In this document: positions 48,401-60,200 of the stretch, one piece after another | How the letters are laid out: every line of letters starts with the position of its first letter | Position numbering within the stretch: position 1 is the stretch's first letter | Assembly: GCF_020745735.1 (NCBI RefSeq) | Contig: NC_083435.1 | Coordinates: 36,047,090 to 36,111,089, forward strand | DNA length: 64,000 nt | DNA from: Hemiscyllium ocellatum | Lineage: Eukaryota | Direction of reading: 5' to 3' | Notes under the pieces: model-generated | The model's input: the letters and a program-made list of their open reading frames with translations, nothing else | Databases searched by the model: none | What the model was told of the DNA's origin: nothing | Made by a program: the position numbers and the translations under genes

Positions 48401-51400
48401 TATGGGTGGGTTTCGCTTCGGCGGGTCGGTGTGGACTTGTTGGGCCGAAGGGCCTGTTTCCACACTGTAAGTCTAATCTAATCACTAATGTGAGAGACTG
48501 CCCGCAAAATCACTTTCAACGTATTATATCTGTAAAGATCAGGCTGAAAACAATTGCACAGACTTCCAGCTGGTCAAAGTGAGGCCCATCCTCACAGTGA
48601 CAATCTCCAAAAACCCACCAAATTATAACATTGTCAGAATCTTGTCTGATATAATCAACAGAATAAGATTCAACTGGGACAGAATTAGCTGCTGCACCCT
48701 CTCAGAACAGGGAGTAAACACAGAACAGACTCACTCAGATACTCGATGGTGTCAGTGTGGGACACAATCCAAGGATTGGAATATTAAACAGAAGATCACT
48801 AACCTGGAACAGTAACCTGGGACACACCCGGTCTATTACTAACCTGGTACAGTAACCTGGGACACACCGGGTCTATTACTAACCTGGAACACATGCAGTT
48901 TGTCAGCAGCCTGGAATAGTGATGTGGGATACACCTAGTGCACTCCTAAGGGAAGGTGATGGAAGTGGTAATATTGCTAATCCAGAAACTCAGCTAGTCT
49001 GAGAACCCTGTTTCAAATTCTGCAATGGCAGTTGATAAAACTTGAATTTAAAAAAACTGGAATTAACTGGAATCGACTGATGACCATGAAACCATTTTTG
49101 GTTGTTTGGAACAATCCATCTGGTTCATTAATGCCCTTCAAGAAAGGAACTCTGCCATCCCCACCTGGTCTAAAGTACACACACCTCCAGACTCCCTCTG
49201 AAATGGCCTTGCAAGCCATTTAGTCATTTCAATCATGACAAATTCTCAACAAAGAAATGAAACTGGACAGACCACAAGGTATTGTCCGCAGCACTATAAA
49301 TGGCAATGGCAAACACAGCAATGATGACCCTACAAATTCCTCCTCACTAACATCTGAGAGCTACTGCCAAAATTGAGAAAGCTGTCTCACAGACTAGTCA
49401 AACAACAGCCAGATAGAGTCATTCTTACGGAATCATACTTTAGAGACAATGTCCCAGACACTATCATTACCATCACTGGATATGTCGTGTCTCACTGACT
49501 GGAGAGATTCAACAGAGGTTTACAGTTGTAGAGTCATAGAGATGTACAGCACAGAAACAGACCATTCAGTCAATTCGTTCATGCTGACAAGATATCCTAA
49601 ATTACATCAGTCCCATTTGCCAGCATTTAGCCATTATCCCTCTAAACCCTCCCTATTCCTTTACCCATCCAGATGCCTTTAAATGTTGCCATTGTACAAA
49701 CCTCCACCACTTCCTCTGGCAGCTCATTCCATACACGTACCACCCTCTGAGTGAAAAAGATACCTGTTAGGGGCCTTTTAAAATCTTTCTCCTCTCACCC
49801 TAAACTAATGTCCTCTAGCTCTTCACTCAATCACCCCAGGGAAAAGACCTTGCCTATCTACCCTATCCATGCCCCTCATGATTTTATAAACCTCCATAAT
49901 GTCACCCCTCAGCCTCCAACACTCCAAGGAAACAGCCCCAGCCTATTCAACCTCTCGCTATAGCCCAAATCCTCCAAACCTGGTAACATGCTTCTAAATT
50001 GTTTCTGAACCCTTTCAAATTTCATAACATCCTTCCTATTGGAGGGGCTAGGATTGCCCACAATATTCCAAGATTGGCCTAACCAATGTCCTATATAGCA
50101 GCAACGTGACCTCCCAACCCATATGCTCAATGTTCTGACCAATAAAGGAAAGTGTATGTGACAGGGAGTTGCCATGGGAGTCCTCAATATTGACTCTGGA
50201 TCCTATGAAGTTTCATGGTTTAAAGTTAAATACAGGAAAGGAAACCTCCTGCTGATTAACACCATCCCTACCTCCCTCATCTGATGAATCCATACTCCTT
50301 CACATTGAACAATGTAGAATAAACACTGAGATGTACATAATTTCTTCTGGGTGGGGGATTTCAATGACCATCACCAAGTGTAGCTGATTGAGCTGGTTAA
50401 GGTCCCAAAGGAGATAGCTAATAGGCAGGTGATAAAGAAACAAACAAGAGGGAAAAACATACTTGACCTTAATCTGCCAGCCGTACATGCACCTGTCCTT
50501 GACTGTATTGGTAAGGGTGACCACTGCAGAGTCCTTGTGGAGACGTCATGTTGAGAATAACCTCCATCATGTTGTGTGGCAATATCCCCACGCTAAATGG
50601 GACAGAGTTCAAACTGGGCATCCAGGGGACACTGAGCCATCAACAGCAGCAGAATCGTATTCCACACCTACTCAGAATTTGCAGCCTCTTTGGTCTGTCA
50701 CACCACCATCAAGCTAGGGCATCAACCCTAGTTCAATGGAGAGTGCAGTAGGGTATGCCAGGAGCAGCACCAGACATTTCTAAAAATAAAGGTGTCAACC
50801 TGGTGAAGCTACCAAACAGGTCTCCTTGCATGTCAAATAGCATGAGCAGCAAGTGATCAACAGAGCTAAGTGATCCACAATGAACAGTCACAATGCATCA
50901 TGCCGCGTCCAGCTGTGAATGATGGTGGACAATTATACAACTCACCGGAGGAGGACGCTGCACAAATATCCCTATCCTCAATGATGGAAGAGCCCAGCAC
51001 ATCAGTGCGAAAGGTAAGGCTGAAGCTCTCACAGCAATCTTCAGCAATAAATACCAAATGGATGTTCCATCTCGCCACCTCCAGTCGTCCCCAGCATTGC
51101 AGACTTTAACCAATTTGATTTACTTCATGTGATAATAAGAAATGATCGGAGGCACTGGATACTGCAAAGGCTATGACAACATGCCAGCAATAGTAATGAA
51201 GTCGTGTGCTCCCCTAGCCAAGTTGTTCCAGTACATCAACAATACAGGCACCTATCAACAATATGAAAAACTGCCAAGGTATGTCCGACACCCAAAAATC
51301 AGAGTGAACACAAATCCAACCTGGCCAATAACCGTTCCATCAGCCTACTCTCAATCATCAGTAAAGTGAAGGAAGGGGTCATCAACAGTGTGATCAAGCA

Positions 51401-54400
51401 GCACCTACTCAGCAATAACCTGCTCAGTGACACCCAGCTTGGGTTCCGTCAGGGTCACTCAGCTCCTGACATCTTTCAGCCTTGGATCAAACATGAACTA
51501 AAGAGCTGAATTCCAGAGGAGAAGTGAGAGTGACAAACCTGTCACTAAACTGAGTGTGGGATCAAGGAGCCCTAGCAAAACTGGAATCAATGTGTATCAG
51601 GCGGCATTGAGTGGGTTGGATCAGACCTGGCACACAGGAATATTGCTATGGTTGTTGATGGTCAGTCATCTCAGATCCAGGACATCTCTGCAGGAGTTCC
51701 TCAGGGTCGTGTCCCAGGGGCAACCATCTTCAGCTGCTTCATCAACGGCCTGCCCCCCATCATAAGGTCAGAAGTGGGGATGTTCACAGCTGATTACGCT
51801 TTTGTTCATCAGTCAGTGTTCAAGTGCCACAAGATCTAGACAATATCCAGGCTTGAGCTGACAAGTGGCAAGTAACATTCACACCACACATATGCCAGGC
51901 AATGACCATCTCCAATAAGATACAAATCTAAACACGATTCTTTGAGATTCAATAATGTTAGCATCACCTGAATATTCCACATCAACATCCTGGGACTTTT
52001 CATTGACCAGAACCACATAAACACAGTGGCTACAAGTTCAGGTCAAAGGCAAGGTATACTTCAGTGACTCCCCTAAGCCGGTCCATCATCTATAGGGCAC
52101 AAGCCAGGAATATGATGGAATACTCCCCACTTGTTTGGATGAGTGCAGTTCCAAGAACACTCAAGAAGCTTGATACCATTATGATGACACTATGGTTTTA
52201 AGAGGTTATTTTGCCCTTTTATTTGAAGAGAGGCTTTAGGGCACAGGTACCAAGCTGGCTAGTGAAGATCCATAAACTAAACAACTTGGGATGCCTTGGG
52301 GTTTTTAAAAGTTGGAACAATAGAAGCAGCCTGGCTGGGTGTGGCTAGCTGTCACAGACCAATATTGCTAGTTTTTTTAGCTTTTAGATTTGACAGAGGC
52401 TGGTGGAGTTTTGAAGAAGTAGCAGATATCTTTTCTGTCTCTCAGTTACAGCTGAAATCTGGGGTTTCTCTCTGCTGCTGAGTTATCTGGGAGACAGGTA
52501 ATTTGCCTTTTTGCCAAGGGGTATGTGTATGGGATGCTGCTACACTGCAACAGTTAATTAGTAATAGTTACTGTATCTATTATTCTGTGAAGTTTTCCAA
52601 TAGAGTTGTTACTCTAAATTCATCTTTCTTTTGTCGTATTTTAACCAAAGCCTTTTGCTTAACATTGAGTTGTTTCATCAATGAAGTTTCATCTGGAACA
52701 CAGCATGTCATATTTCCATTTAAAATAAGAAAAGGCTGGGGTCTAGGATACCTTCTTAAAATATTTTGAGGGGATTTGGTTTGGTCCATAACCCCATCCA
52801 AAGCAGCTGCTTGATTGGCACTACATCCACAACATTCTAAGCAAGATGGCGGCAGAGTAGGATACCTCAGCCGGAGCTTCGTCTGTCCTATTTCTTTTTT
52901 TCACCTTTAGCCTTTTCTTTCCTCCTCTTCTCTTGTCTTGGCCTTGTACCTCACAGCGTCAGAACTCCAGACCACCATTTTTCCCTCTGGATGCACATGT
53001 CGGACAGGAAGTGGGAAGGGGAATTGAAATGGGCAATGACCTGGAGGTCAGGCTGGTCCTTATGGGCCGAGCTGAGATGCTCGGTGAATTGTGCTGTTAG
53101 TTTACGTTTGGTCTTGCCAATGTATAGAAGGTCACATCAGGAGCACTCCTTACAGTAAACTAGGTTGGAGGAGAGGTAGGTGAATCCCTGTCTCACGCCA
53201 AAGGACTGGATGAAGGTGAGCGAAGTAGTGTACTGGCAGGTTTTGCTTCTTGTACGGTTGCAGGGGAAGGTATGGGGCGGTGAGGTTAGGGAGTTGGTAG
53301 GGAGAGAAGTTGTGGGAACCAAGGAGTGACAGAGGAAATGGTCCTTACGGAAGACAGAGAGGGGTGGGGAGAGGAAGATATTCTTGGTGGTTGGGCCTCT
53401 CAACCAGGCCTGTAAAGGCCGAACTGACTTCCCAGTCACTGCCCATTTCAGTTCCACCTCCCACTCCCTCTCCAACATGTCTACCCTTGGCCTCCTCCAT
53501 TGCCACAGTGAATCAGACCACAAACTGGAGGAACAACACTTCCGCTGGGGCAGCCCACAGCCAAGGAGGACTCAACAACCTTAGCCTTCCTTCCAATTAC
53601 GAACCGGATTCATCCTTCCCATCGACCAACCAGGTCATACCCACAATCTGTATTCACTTCACCATTCTGCCGCTCTCCCTACCCATAGCACTCCCTCCTG
53701 TACCTGCAGCTCCCCTCGTCCCTATCTCCATTCCTGAAGAACGATTACCCCCGAAACGTCCACTTGTGTCCCTCCTGACGTTGCCTGGCTTGCTGGGTTC
53801 TTCCAGCCTCCTGTAAGTAAAAAATGAGGTCTGCAGATGCTGGAGATCACAGCTGAAAATGTGTTGCTGGTTAAAGCACAGCAGGTCAGGCAGCATCTCA
53901 GGAATAGGAAATTCGACGTTTCGAGCATAAGCCCTTCTTCAGGAATGGGAGAGAGTTTGCCATGCAGGCTAAGATAAAAGGTAGGGAGGAGGGACTTGGG
54001 GGAGGGGCGATGGAGGTGGGATAGGTGGAAGGAGGTCAAGGTGAGGGTGATAGGCCGGAGTGGGTTGGGGGCGGAGAGGTCAGGAAGGAGGTTGCAGGTT
54101 GGGAGGGCGGTGCTGAGTTGAGGGAACTGACTGAGACAAGGTGGGGGGAGGGGAAATGAGGAAACTGGAGAAATCTGAATTTATTCCCTGTGGTTGGAGG
54201 GTTCCCAGGCGGAAGATGAGGTGCTCCTCCTCCAGCCGTCGTGTTGTTATGTTCTGCCGGTGGAGGAGTCCACGGACCTGCATGTCCTCAGTGGAGTGGG
54301 AGGGAGAGTTAAAGTGTTGAGCCACGGGGTGGTTGGGTTGGTTGGTCCGGGCGGCCCGAGGTGTTCTCTGAAGCGTTCTGCAAGTAGGCAGCCTGTCTCC

Positions 54401-56081
54401 CCAATGTAGAGGAGGCCACATCGGGTGCAGCGGATGCAATAGATGATGTGTGTGGAGGTACAGGTGAACTTGTGGCGGATATGGAAGGATCCCTTGGGGC
54501 CTTGGAGGGAAGTGAGTGTGGAGGTGTGGGCGCAAGTTTTACATTTCCTGCGGTTGCAGGGGAAGATGCCGGGAGTGGAGGTTGGGTTGGTGGGGGGTGT
54601 GGATCTGACGAGGGAGTCACGGAGGGAGTGGTCCTTGCGGAACGCTGATAGGGGAGGGGAGGGAAATATGTCCTTGGTGGTGGGGTCATTTTGGAGGTGG
54701 CGGAAATGACTCCTTGGTGGTCCCACAGCTACCCGGACTACACTTCCTCCCACCCTGCCCCCTGTAAAAACTCCATCCCATATTCCCAATTCCTTCGTCT
54801 CCGCCGCATCTGCTCCCAGGAGGACCAGTTCCAACACCGCACAGCCCAGATGGCCTCCTTCTTCAAGGACCGCAGATTCCCCCCAGACGTGATCGACGAT
54901 GCCCTCCACTGCATCTCCTCCACTTCCCGCTCCTCCGCCCTTGAGCCCCGCTCCTCCAACCCCACTGGTTCTCACCTACCACCCCACCAACCTCCGCATA
55001 CAACATATCATCCGCCGTTATTTCCGCCAACTCCAAACGGACCCCACCACCAAGGACATATTTCCCTCCCCTCCCCTATCAGCGTTCCTCAAGGACCACT
55101 CCCTCCGTGACTCCCTCGTCAGATCCACACCCCCCACCAACCCAACCTCTACTCCCGGCACCTTCCCCTGCAACCGCAGGAAATGTAAAACTTGCGCCCA
55201 CACCTCCACACTCACTTCCCTCCAAGGCCCCAAGGGATCCTTCCATATCCGCCACAAGTTCACCTGTACCTCCACACACATCATCTATTGCATCCGCTGC
55301 ACCCGATGTGGCCTCCTCTACATTGGGGAGACAGGCTGCCTACTTGCAGAACGCTTCAGAGAACACCTCCGGGCCGCCCGGACCAACCAACCCAACCACC
55401 CCGTGGCTCAACACTTTAACTCTCCCTCCCACTCCACTGAGGACATGCAGGTCCGTGGACTCCTCCACCGGCAGAACATAACAACACGACGGCTGGAGGA
55501 GGAGCACCTCATCTTCCGCCTGGGAACCCTCCAACCACAAGGAATAAATTCAGATTTCTCCAGTTTCCTCATTTCCCCTCCCCCCACCTTGTCTCAGTCA
55601 GTTCCCTCAACTCAGCACCGCCCTCCCAACCTGCAACCTCCTTCCTGACCTCTCCGCCCCCAACCCACTCCGGCCTATCACCCTCACCTTGACCTCCTTC
55701 CACCTATCCCACCTCCATCGCCCCTCCCCCAAGTCCCTCCTCCCTACCTTTTATCTTAGCCTGCTTGGCAAACTCTCTCCCATTCCTGAAGAAGGGCTTA
55801 TGCTCGAAACGTCGAATTTCCTATTCCTGAGATGCTGCCTGACCTGCTGTGCTTTAACCAGCAACACATTTTCAGCTGTCTTCCAGCCTCCTGGTGGTCT
55901 GAAAGATCAGGCTGGCTGTGTAACAGGCGGCTGATCAAACATCCCCCATTTCAAACTCTCCCCAAGAGATTCACATTCACCCCAGACACACAGAGAGAGA
56001 GAGAATGGAAAGCTGAATTCTGTACTTACCGGGAGAAGCCCGGGAAAAGCACAGGGAGATGGAGAAAAGGATCAGCAACAT
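30441..56081 (-). CDS. MHC class I heavy chain, non-classical-like (gene B), exons 56030-56081, 47824-48084, 34610-34885, ~34222-34500, 31659-31778, 31191-31223, 30441-30472
   Basis: Same exon sizes and phases as gene A with no stops in the sequenced parts; introns 1 and 2 are enlarged by TEs; the alpha3 3' end lies in an N gap. Confidence 0.87.
30822..31135 (+). mobile_element. HE1/V-SINE-like SINE in intron 6 of gene B
   Basis: Orthologue of 4823-5117. Confidence 0.82.
31191..31223 (-). CDS. Gene B exon 6, cytoplasmic (GSPSGTYTTAP)
   Basis: 33 nt GT-AG exon homologous to 5173-5205. Confidence 0.8.
31659..31778 (-). CDS. Gene B exon 5, transmembrane
   Basis: 120 nt GT-AG exon; ...IASMVILLAVIVGIVGIIIWKWSRR. 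Confidence 0.87.
32559..33506. mobile_element. Solo LTR in intron 4 of gene B
   Basis: Termini TGTTA...TAACA; related copies elsewhere in the window; no clear TSD. Confidence 0.58.
33708..34223. other. Assembly gap (N run)
   Basis: Run of n; right edge accurate to about 1 nt. Confidence 0.98.
34224..34500 (-). CDS. Gene B exon 4, alpha3 Ig C1-set domain (3' end in gap)
   Basis: Three nucleotide differences from gene A alpha3 in the sequenced part, one of them amino-acid changing (E to G). Confidence 0.9.
34610..34885 (-). CDS. Gene B exon 3, alpha2 domain
   Basis: 276 nt; GVHIFQQIIAVEI...FDGKDF...TKEKW...HLEEGYVKSLKSYLKAGKEYFTRE. Confidence 0.92.
35329..38760 (-). mobile_element. Long degenerate CR1 LINE (ORF1 esterase part, endonuclease, RT), specific to gene B intron 2
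   Basis: LVIGHSVVKGTNRRFCG...CLPGARV (SGNH-like), LFKKGNRDSPGNYRPVSLTSVVGKVLE, YMDFSKGFD; absent at the homologous site ~8588 in gene A. Confidence 0.8.
38790..40240 (+). mobile_element. CR1 3' fragment with a nested younger CR1 3' end (~39385-39893)
   Basis: Homologue of 8660-9560 split by an extra ERVQKRFTWMLPGLE...RHLDGYMNRK segment. Confidence 0.72.
40425..41940 (-). mobile_element. CR1 LINE fragment
   Basis: ORF 40408-41019 is the RT C-terminus; extends beyond the point where the gene A copy is cut by Tx1. Confidence 0.72.
41960..44520 (+). mobile_element. 5'-truncated degenerate CR1 ORF2 (endonuclease end plus RT)
   Basis: VVMGDFN, EPTREKAILDLVL, PLFKKGGREKTGNYRLVSL, GVPQGSVL, FADDTKL; (ctattgatta/ttgt)n tail. 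Confidence 0.82.
44630..46830. mobile_element. Rearranged Penelope-like (RT plus GIY-YIG) cluster with inverted ends
   Basis: Minus-strand LPFLDV...VYRKASHMDQVLNYNSNHP; GIY-YIG tail at 44640-45060 (-) and 46370-46800 (+). Confidence 0.68.
46985..47455 (+). mobile_element. CR1 3' fragment
   Basis: MLPGLEDLSYRERLNRLGLFSLERRRLRG; (ctctatga) tail. Confidence 0.78.
47824..48084 (-). CDS. Gene B exon 2, alpha1 domain
   Basis: 261 nt; ETNAFTVIYTIVAELKDFPEV...GSCDSKTQRCFPRQQFMAE...NFWDY...KRSNQTS. Confidence 0.9.
48187..48484 (+). mobile_element. HE1/V-SINE-like SINE present only in gene B intron 1
   Basis: Empty site in gene A at ~12670 (cagggacatcactaatgtgag). Confidence 0.82.
48950..52180 (+). 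mobile_element. Degenerate L2/Jockey-group-like LINE (family of 1-1830) with a nested minus-strand CR1 3' end at ~49520-50150
   Basis: Endonuclease remnants (KQQPD.VILTESY, LNIDSG) and RT remnants (KQHLLSNNLLSDTQLGFRQGHSAPD, GVPQG). Confidence 0.68.
52185..52795. mobile_element. LTR remnant, inverted relative to 32559-33506
   Basis: ttttgccaagggg and ccttcttaaaatattttgaggg...ttggtcc match the reverse complement of the other LTRs. Confidence 0.55.
52960..53813. mobile_element. Older inverted Penelope-like remnant (Zn-finger/GIY-YIG type)
   Basis: Minus strand FPCNRTRSKTC...LVYCKEC...LYIG; plus strand VTAHFSSTSHS...KLEEQH; terminus cctgaagaa...ccgaaacgtc. Confidence 0.62.
53814..55878. mobile_element. 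Young fold-back Penelope-like element (Neptune-like Zn-finger plus GIY-YIG) with 15-bp TSD
   Basis: TCTTCCAGCCTCCTG at 53799-53813 and 55879-55893; arms ~53855-54709 and ~55018-55878 are near-identical inverted copies; PCNRRKCKTC, YCIRCTRCGLLYIGET. Confidence 0.85.
56030..56081 (-). CDS. Gene B exon 1, signal peptide MLLILFSISLCFSRASP
   Basis: ATG ... G|GTAAGT; one residue differs from the gene A leader. Confidence 0.83.
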
Positions 56082-56247
56082 TTTGGGAATCTAGTGACCC
56101 TGTTTCCTAAACAGGGAATTGATTACTCCGAGGAGAAATAGCTCAACAAAATCATCAAAAACAACTTTCTCGAAGCAGCATTTCATGTTGATCCTCGATC
56201 ATTTCCTGATTGCAGAAGCAGAGATCTGGTTAGTTTCAGAGGAACAT

Positions 56248-56311
56248 CCAATTAAAGAGATAAGCAGTCACTCGTCACCAGTTTCTGGGAAAATGTCTCT
56301 CAGTCAGGTTA
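56248..56311 (-). promoter_or_regulatory. S-X-Y module of gene B
   Basis: TAACCTG ... CCCAGAAACTGGTGACG (CRE half site TGACG) ... ATTGG, with spacing similar to gene A. Confidence 0.68.
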
Positions 56312-56814
56312 CGGTCCGAAACAACTTCACACATCGATACTGTCCCCTTCAGGCAGTGCTAAACATCTCCTGTCTCTTCAAGGAGTATTTTACCGAACAG
56401 AGAATGTTACCAAGCCACGTTTTCTCATTTCCCACCCTCCGTGTTACTGAGGGGTAGCCATAGGATGGGCAGGGTCCCTGATTCCTCCCGGGGGAAAGGC
56501 TGCAGTGCTCTGACATTGCCTTCTGCAGGATGTCCTCACTGTGAAGGGTTCTCCTCTCTCACAGACTGCCATCAGGCGAATTGGGAAGATTGATGGGCTG
56601 AGAAACAACCGGTTTGGGCAGGTTACGAGAGTGGGATCAACAAAAGGTGAAATTGCTGGAGAAACTCGACAGGTCTGGCAACATCTTTGGAGAGAGAACA
56701 ATGTTTAGGTTATGTGTGCAATGACCCTTTTTCAGAACGAGTTTATGAAAGACAGATGGAAAGGTGTAGGGAGGGAGTTGGTGAGAGCCCAGCTAACTGA
56801 AGGTACAGCACCCA

Positions 56815-57125
56815 ATGTGGGCTGATGTTGATGTGGGTGGGTCAGTGGCGAGCACAGCTGCCTCATAGAGCCAGGGACCTGAGTTTAATCTCAGCCTCGG
56901 GTGACTGTCTGTGTGGAGTTTGCACATTCTCCCTGTGTCTGTGTGGGTTTCCTCCGATTTCCTCCCACAGTCCAAAGATGTGCAGGTTAGGTGAATTGGT
57001 CATGTAAAATTGACCCCTTGTGTTCAGGGATGTGTAGGTGTGTTAGTCAGTAACAGGATAGGGGCTATGTAGGCTACTTTTTAGAGGGTAGGGATGGACT
57101 TGTTGGGCCCATTGGCCTTGTCTCC
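56815..57125 (+). mobile_element. Degenerate HE1/V-SINE-like SINE
   Basis: ctgtgtggagtttgcacattctccc core. Confidence 0.72.
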
Positions 57126-57209
57126 ATTCAACAGGATGATGGATAATCTGCCATTTCCTCATAACATTTGACTCCTGAGCCAATCACAACACTATCTATC
57201 TCAGACTTG

Positions 57210-60200
57210 AACTTAAAAGGGAGAAGAACAGACAAAGGAAGCACATGGTGCAGACATTGCAGGAGAGAGAGAGAGAACCTGCACAGTTACTGTCTTTGAT
57301 GTTTGAATTTGTGTATCGCTGGACATCAAAGTGCATCTGGGAAAATGATCAAACAGTGAAATTCACAACTAATCTTGGAGGAACTGTTGAGCGAAGTTTA
57401 CAGCACAGAATCAGATAAGTTAATCGTTGTTTTAAGTGTGGCCGACAGAGAATCTGCAGTGGTGAGTAGAATGGGTTCTTTCTTGATTATTTGTTTTTGG
57501 AGATATGTCTCTTGATTAAACTTAAAATATAAGCCTTAGCTATTAATTTAACCCGGGCAGTGTTTGTAGGGGAATATGTCGGTGTTATTTTCTGTGTCTG
57601 TAGATTGTGAATGAGCAAAAATGGCCTTTAATAGAGTGATAAGTACTTCTTGTCAGATGTGGGAATATAAAGAGAGTTTAAGGGTTATTGCAGAGTATAT
57701 CTGCCATAAATGCTGTTGGCTGTGAATCTTATCAGATCGAATGGATCAGTTGGAGAAACGGTTTGAAGCAATAAGGAATTTGGAACAGCAACAGTATGTG
57801 ATGGATGGCAGTTATAGGAAGGAGGGAACGTTTCAGATGCAATCACATAGATAGGTTAACTCCAGGAAAGGTAAGAGAGGTAGGCACCTAGTGCAGGAGT
57901 CTTTTGTGGATATACCCATTTCAAACAGGTATGCTGTTTTAGAAAATGTAGGGGGTGATGGATTCTCAGGGGAACGTAGCACGAACAGCCAAGTTTCTGG
58001 TATTGAGACTGGCTCTAATGCAACGAGGGGTATGTCGGCTTCCAAGAGATCAATTGTGTCAGGGGATTCTGTAGTCCGAGGTACAGACAGACATTTCTGT
58101 GGCCAGCAGCAAAAAATCAAAATGGTGTGTTGTTTCCCTGGTGTCAGGATTAAGGATGTCCCAGAGAGGGTGCAGAATGTTCTCATGGGGGACAGGGGTC
58201 CAGCAAGAGATCATTGTCCACATTGGAACCAATGACATAGGAAGGGAATGGTTGCAATTCTGAAGGGAGATTACAGAGAATTAGGCGGAAATTTAAAAAG
58301 GAGGTCCTCGAGAGTAGTTATATCTGGAATACTCCGGGTGCTACGAGCTAGTGAGGGCAGGAGTGGGAGGATACAGCAGATGAATGCATGGCTGAGGAGC
58401 TGGTGTATGGGAGAAGGATTCACATTTTTGGATCATTGGAATCTCTTTTGGGGTAGAAGTGACTTGTACAAGGACAGGTTGCATCTGAATTGGAAAAGGA
58501 CTAATATACTGGCAGGGAAATTTGCTAGAGCTGCTCGAGAGAATTTAAACAAGTACAATTGGGGGAGGGGGGTGGTGGGGCCCAGAGAGATAGTGAGGAA
58601 AGAGATCAATCTGAATCTGGTACAGTTGAGAACAGAAGTGAGTCAAACAGTCAGGGCTGACAAAGACAAGGTAGGACTAATAAATTAAACTGCATTTATT
58701 TCAATGCAAGGGGCCTAACAGGGAAGGCTGATGAACTCAGGGCATGATTAGGAACATGGGACTGGGATATCATAGTAATTACAGAAACATGGCTCAGGGA
58801 TGGGCAGGACTGGCAGCTTAATGTTCCAGAATATAAATGCTACTGGAAGGATAGAAAGGGAGGCAAGAGAGGAGGGGGAGTGGCATTTTTGATAAAGGAT
58901 AGCATTACAGCTGTGCTGAGTAAGAATATTCCGGGAAATACATCCAGAGAAGTTATTTGGGTGGAATTGAGAAATAAGAAAGGGATGATAACCTTTTTGG
59001 AATTGTATTACAGACCCCCTAATAGTCAGAGGGAAATTGAGAAACAAACTTGTAAGGAGATTAGAGCTAAGAGAAGCGAGAAGGGGACATGAAAAGTCTT
59101 TAGCTGGTAGGATTAGGGAAAACCCAAAGGCTTTCTATAGGTATGTCAGGAATAAAAGGATGACTAGGGTAGGTATCGGTCCAGTCAAGGATAGTAGTGG
59201 GAAGTTGTGTGTGGAGGCGGAGGAGATTGGAGAGACACTAAATCAATACTTTTCATCAGTATTCACTCAGGAACAGGACACTGTTGCTGATGTGAATATG
59301 GAGTCACAAATGATTAGAATGGATGGCCTGGAAATATGCAGGGAAGAGGTTCTGGGAATATTGGAGAGGATGAAAATAGATAAGTCTCCTGGGCCTGATG
59401 GCATTTACCCTAGGATCCTATGGGAAGCTAGGGAGGAGATAGCAGAGCCATTGGCCTGGATTTTTATGTCGTCATTGTCAACGGGAATAGTACCAGAGGA
59501 CTGGAGGATAGCGAATGTGGTCCCCTTGTTCAAGAAAGGGAGTAGGGATAGCCCTAGTAACTATAGGCCAGTGAGTCTGACTTCAGTGGTGGGCAAAGTC
59601 TTAGAGAGAATGGTAAGGGATAAGATTTATGAACATCTAGATAGGAATAACGTGATCAAGGATAGCCAGCATGGTTTTGTGAAGGGCAGGTCGTGCCTCA
59701 CAAACCTTATTGAGTTCTTTGAGAAGGTGACAAAGGAAGTGGATGAGGGTAAAGCAGTAGATGTTGTGTATATGGATTTTAGTAAGGCGTTCGATAAGGT
59801 TCCCCATGGTAGGCTAATGCTAAAACTACGGAGGTATGGCATTGAGGATACATTAGAGGTTTGGATTAGGAATTGGCTAGCTGGAAGGAGACAGAGGGTA
59901 GTAGTTGATGGACTATGTTCATCTTGGAGTGCAGTTACTAGCGGTGTACCACAAGGATCTGTTTTGGGACCATTGCTTTTTGTTATCTTTAGAAATGATC
60001 TAGAGGAAGGGCTTGAAAGCTGGGTAAGCAAGTTCGCGGATGACACAAAAGTCGGTGGAGTTGTGGATAGTGAGGAAGGAAGTGGTAGGTTACAGCGGGA
60101 TATAGATAAGTTGCAGAGCTGGGCAGAAATATGGCAAATGGAATTCAATGTAGCTAAGTGTGAAGTCATTCACTTTGGTAGGAGTAACAAGAAGATGGAT

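Larger units (their letters stand above)
27745..56311. repeat. Segmental duplication unit 2 (gene B and 3' flank)
   Basis: Same order of segments as unit 1; begins with the same LINE remnant carrying an internal deletion (joins the homologues of ~550 and ~1755). Confidence 0.85.

Noticed and set aside
48950-49230. Possible tRNA-headed SINE-like leader fused to the LINE 5' end
   Set aside because: A and B boxes are too degenerate and I cannot name the family reliably; needs a repeat-library search
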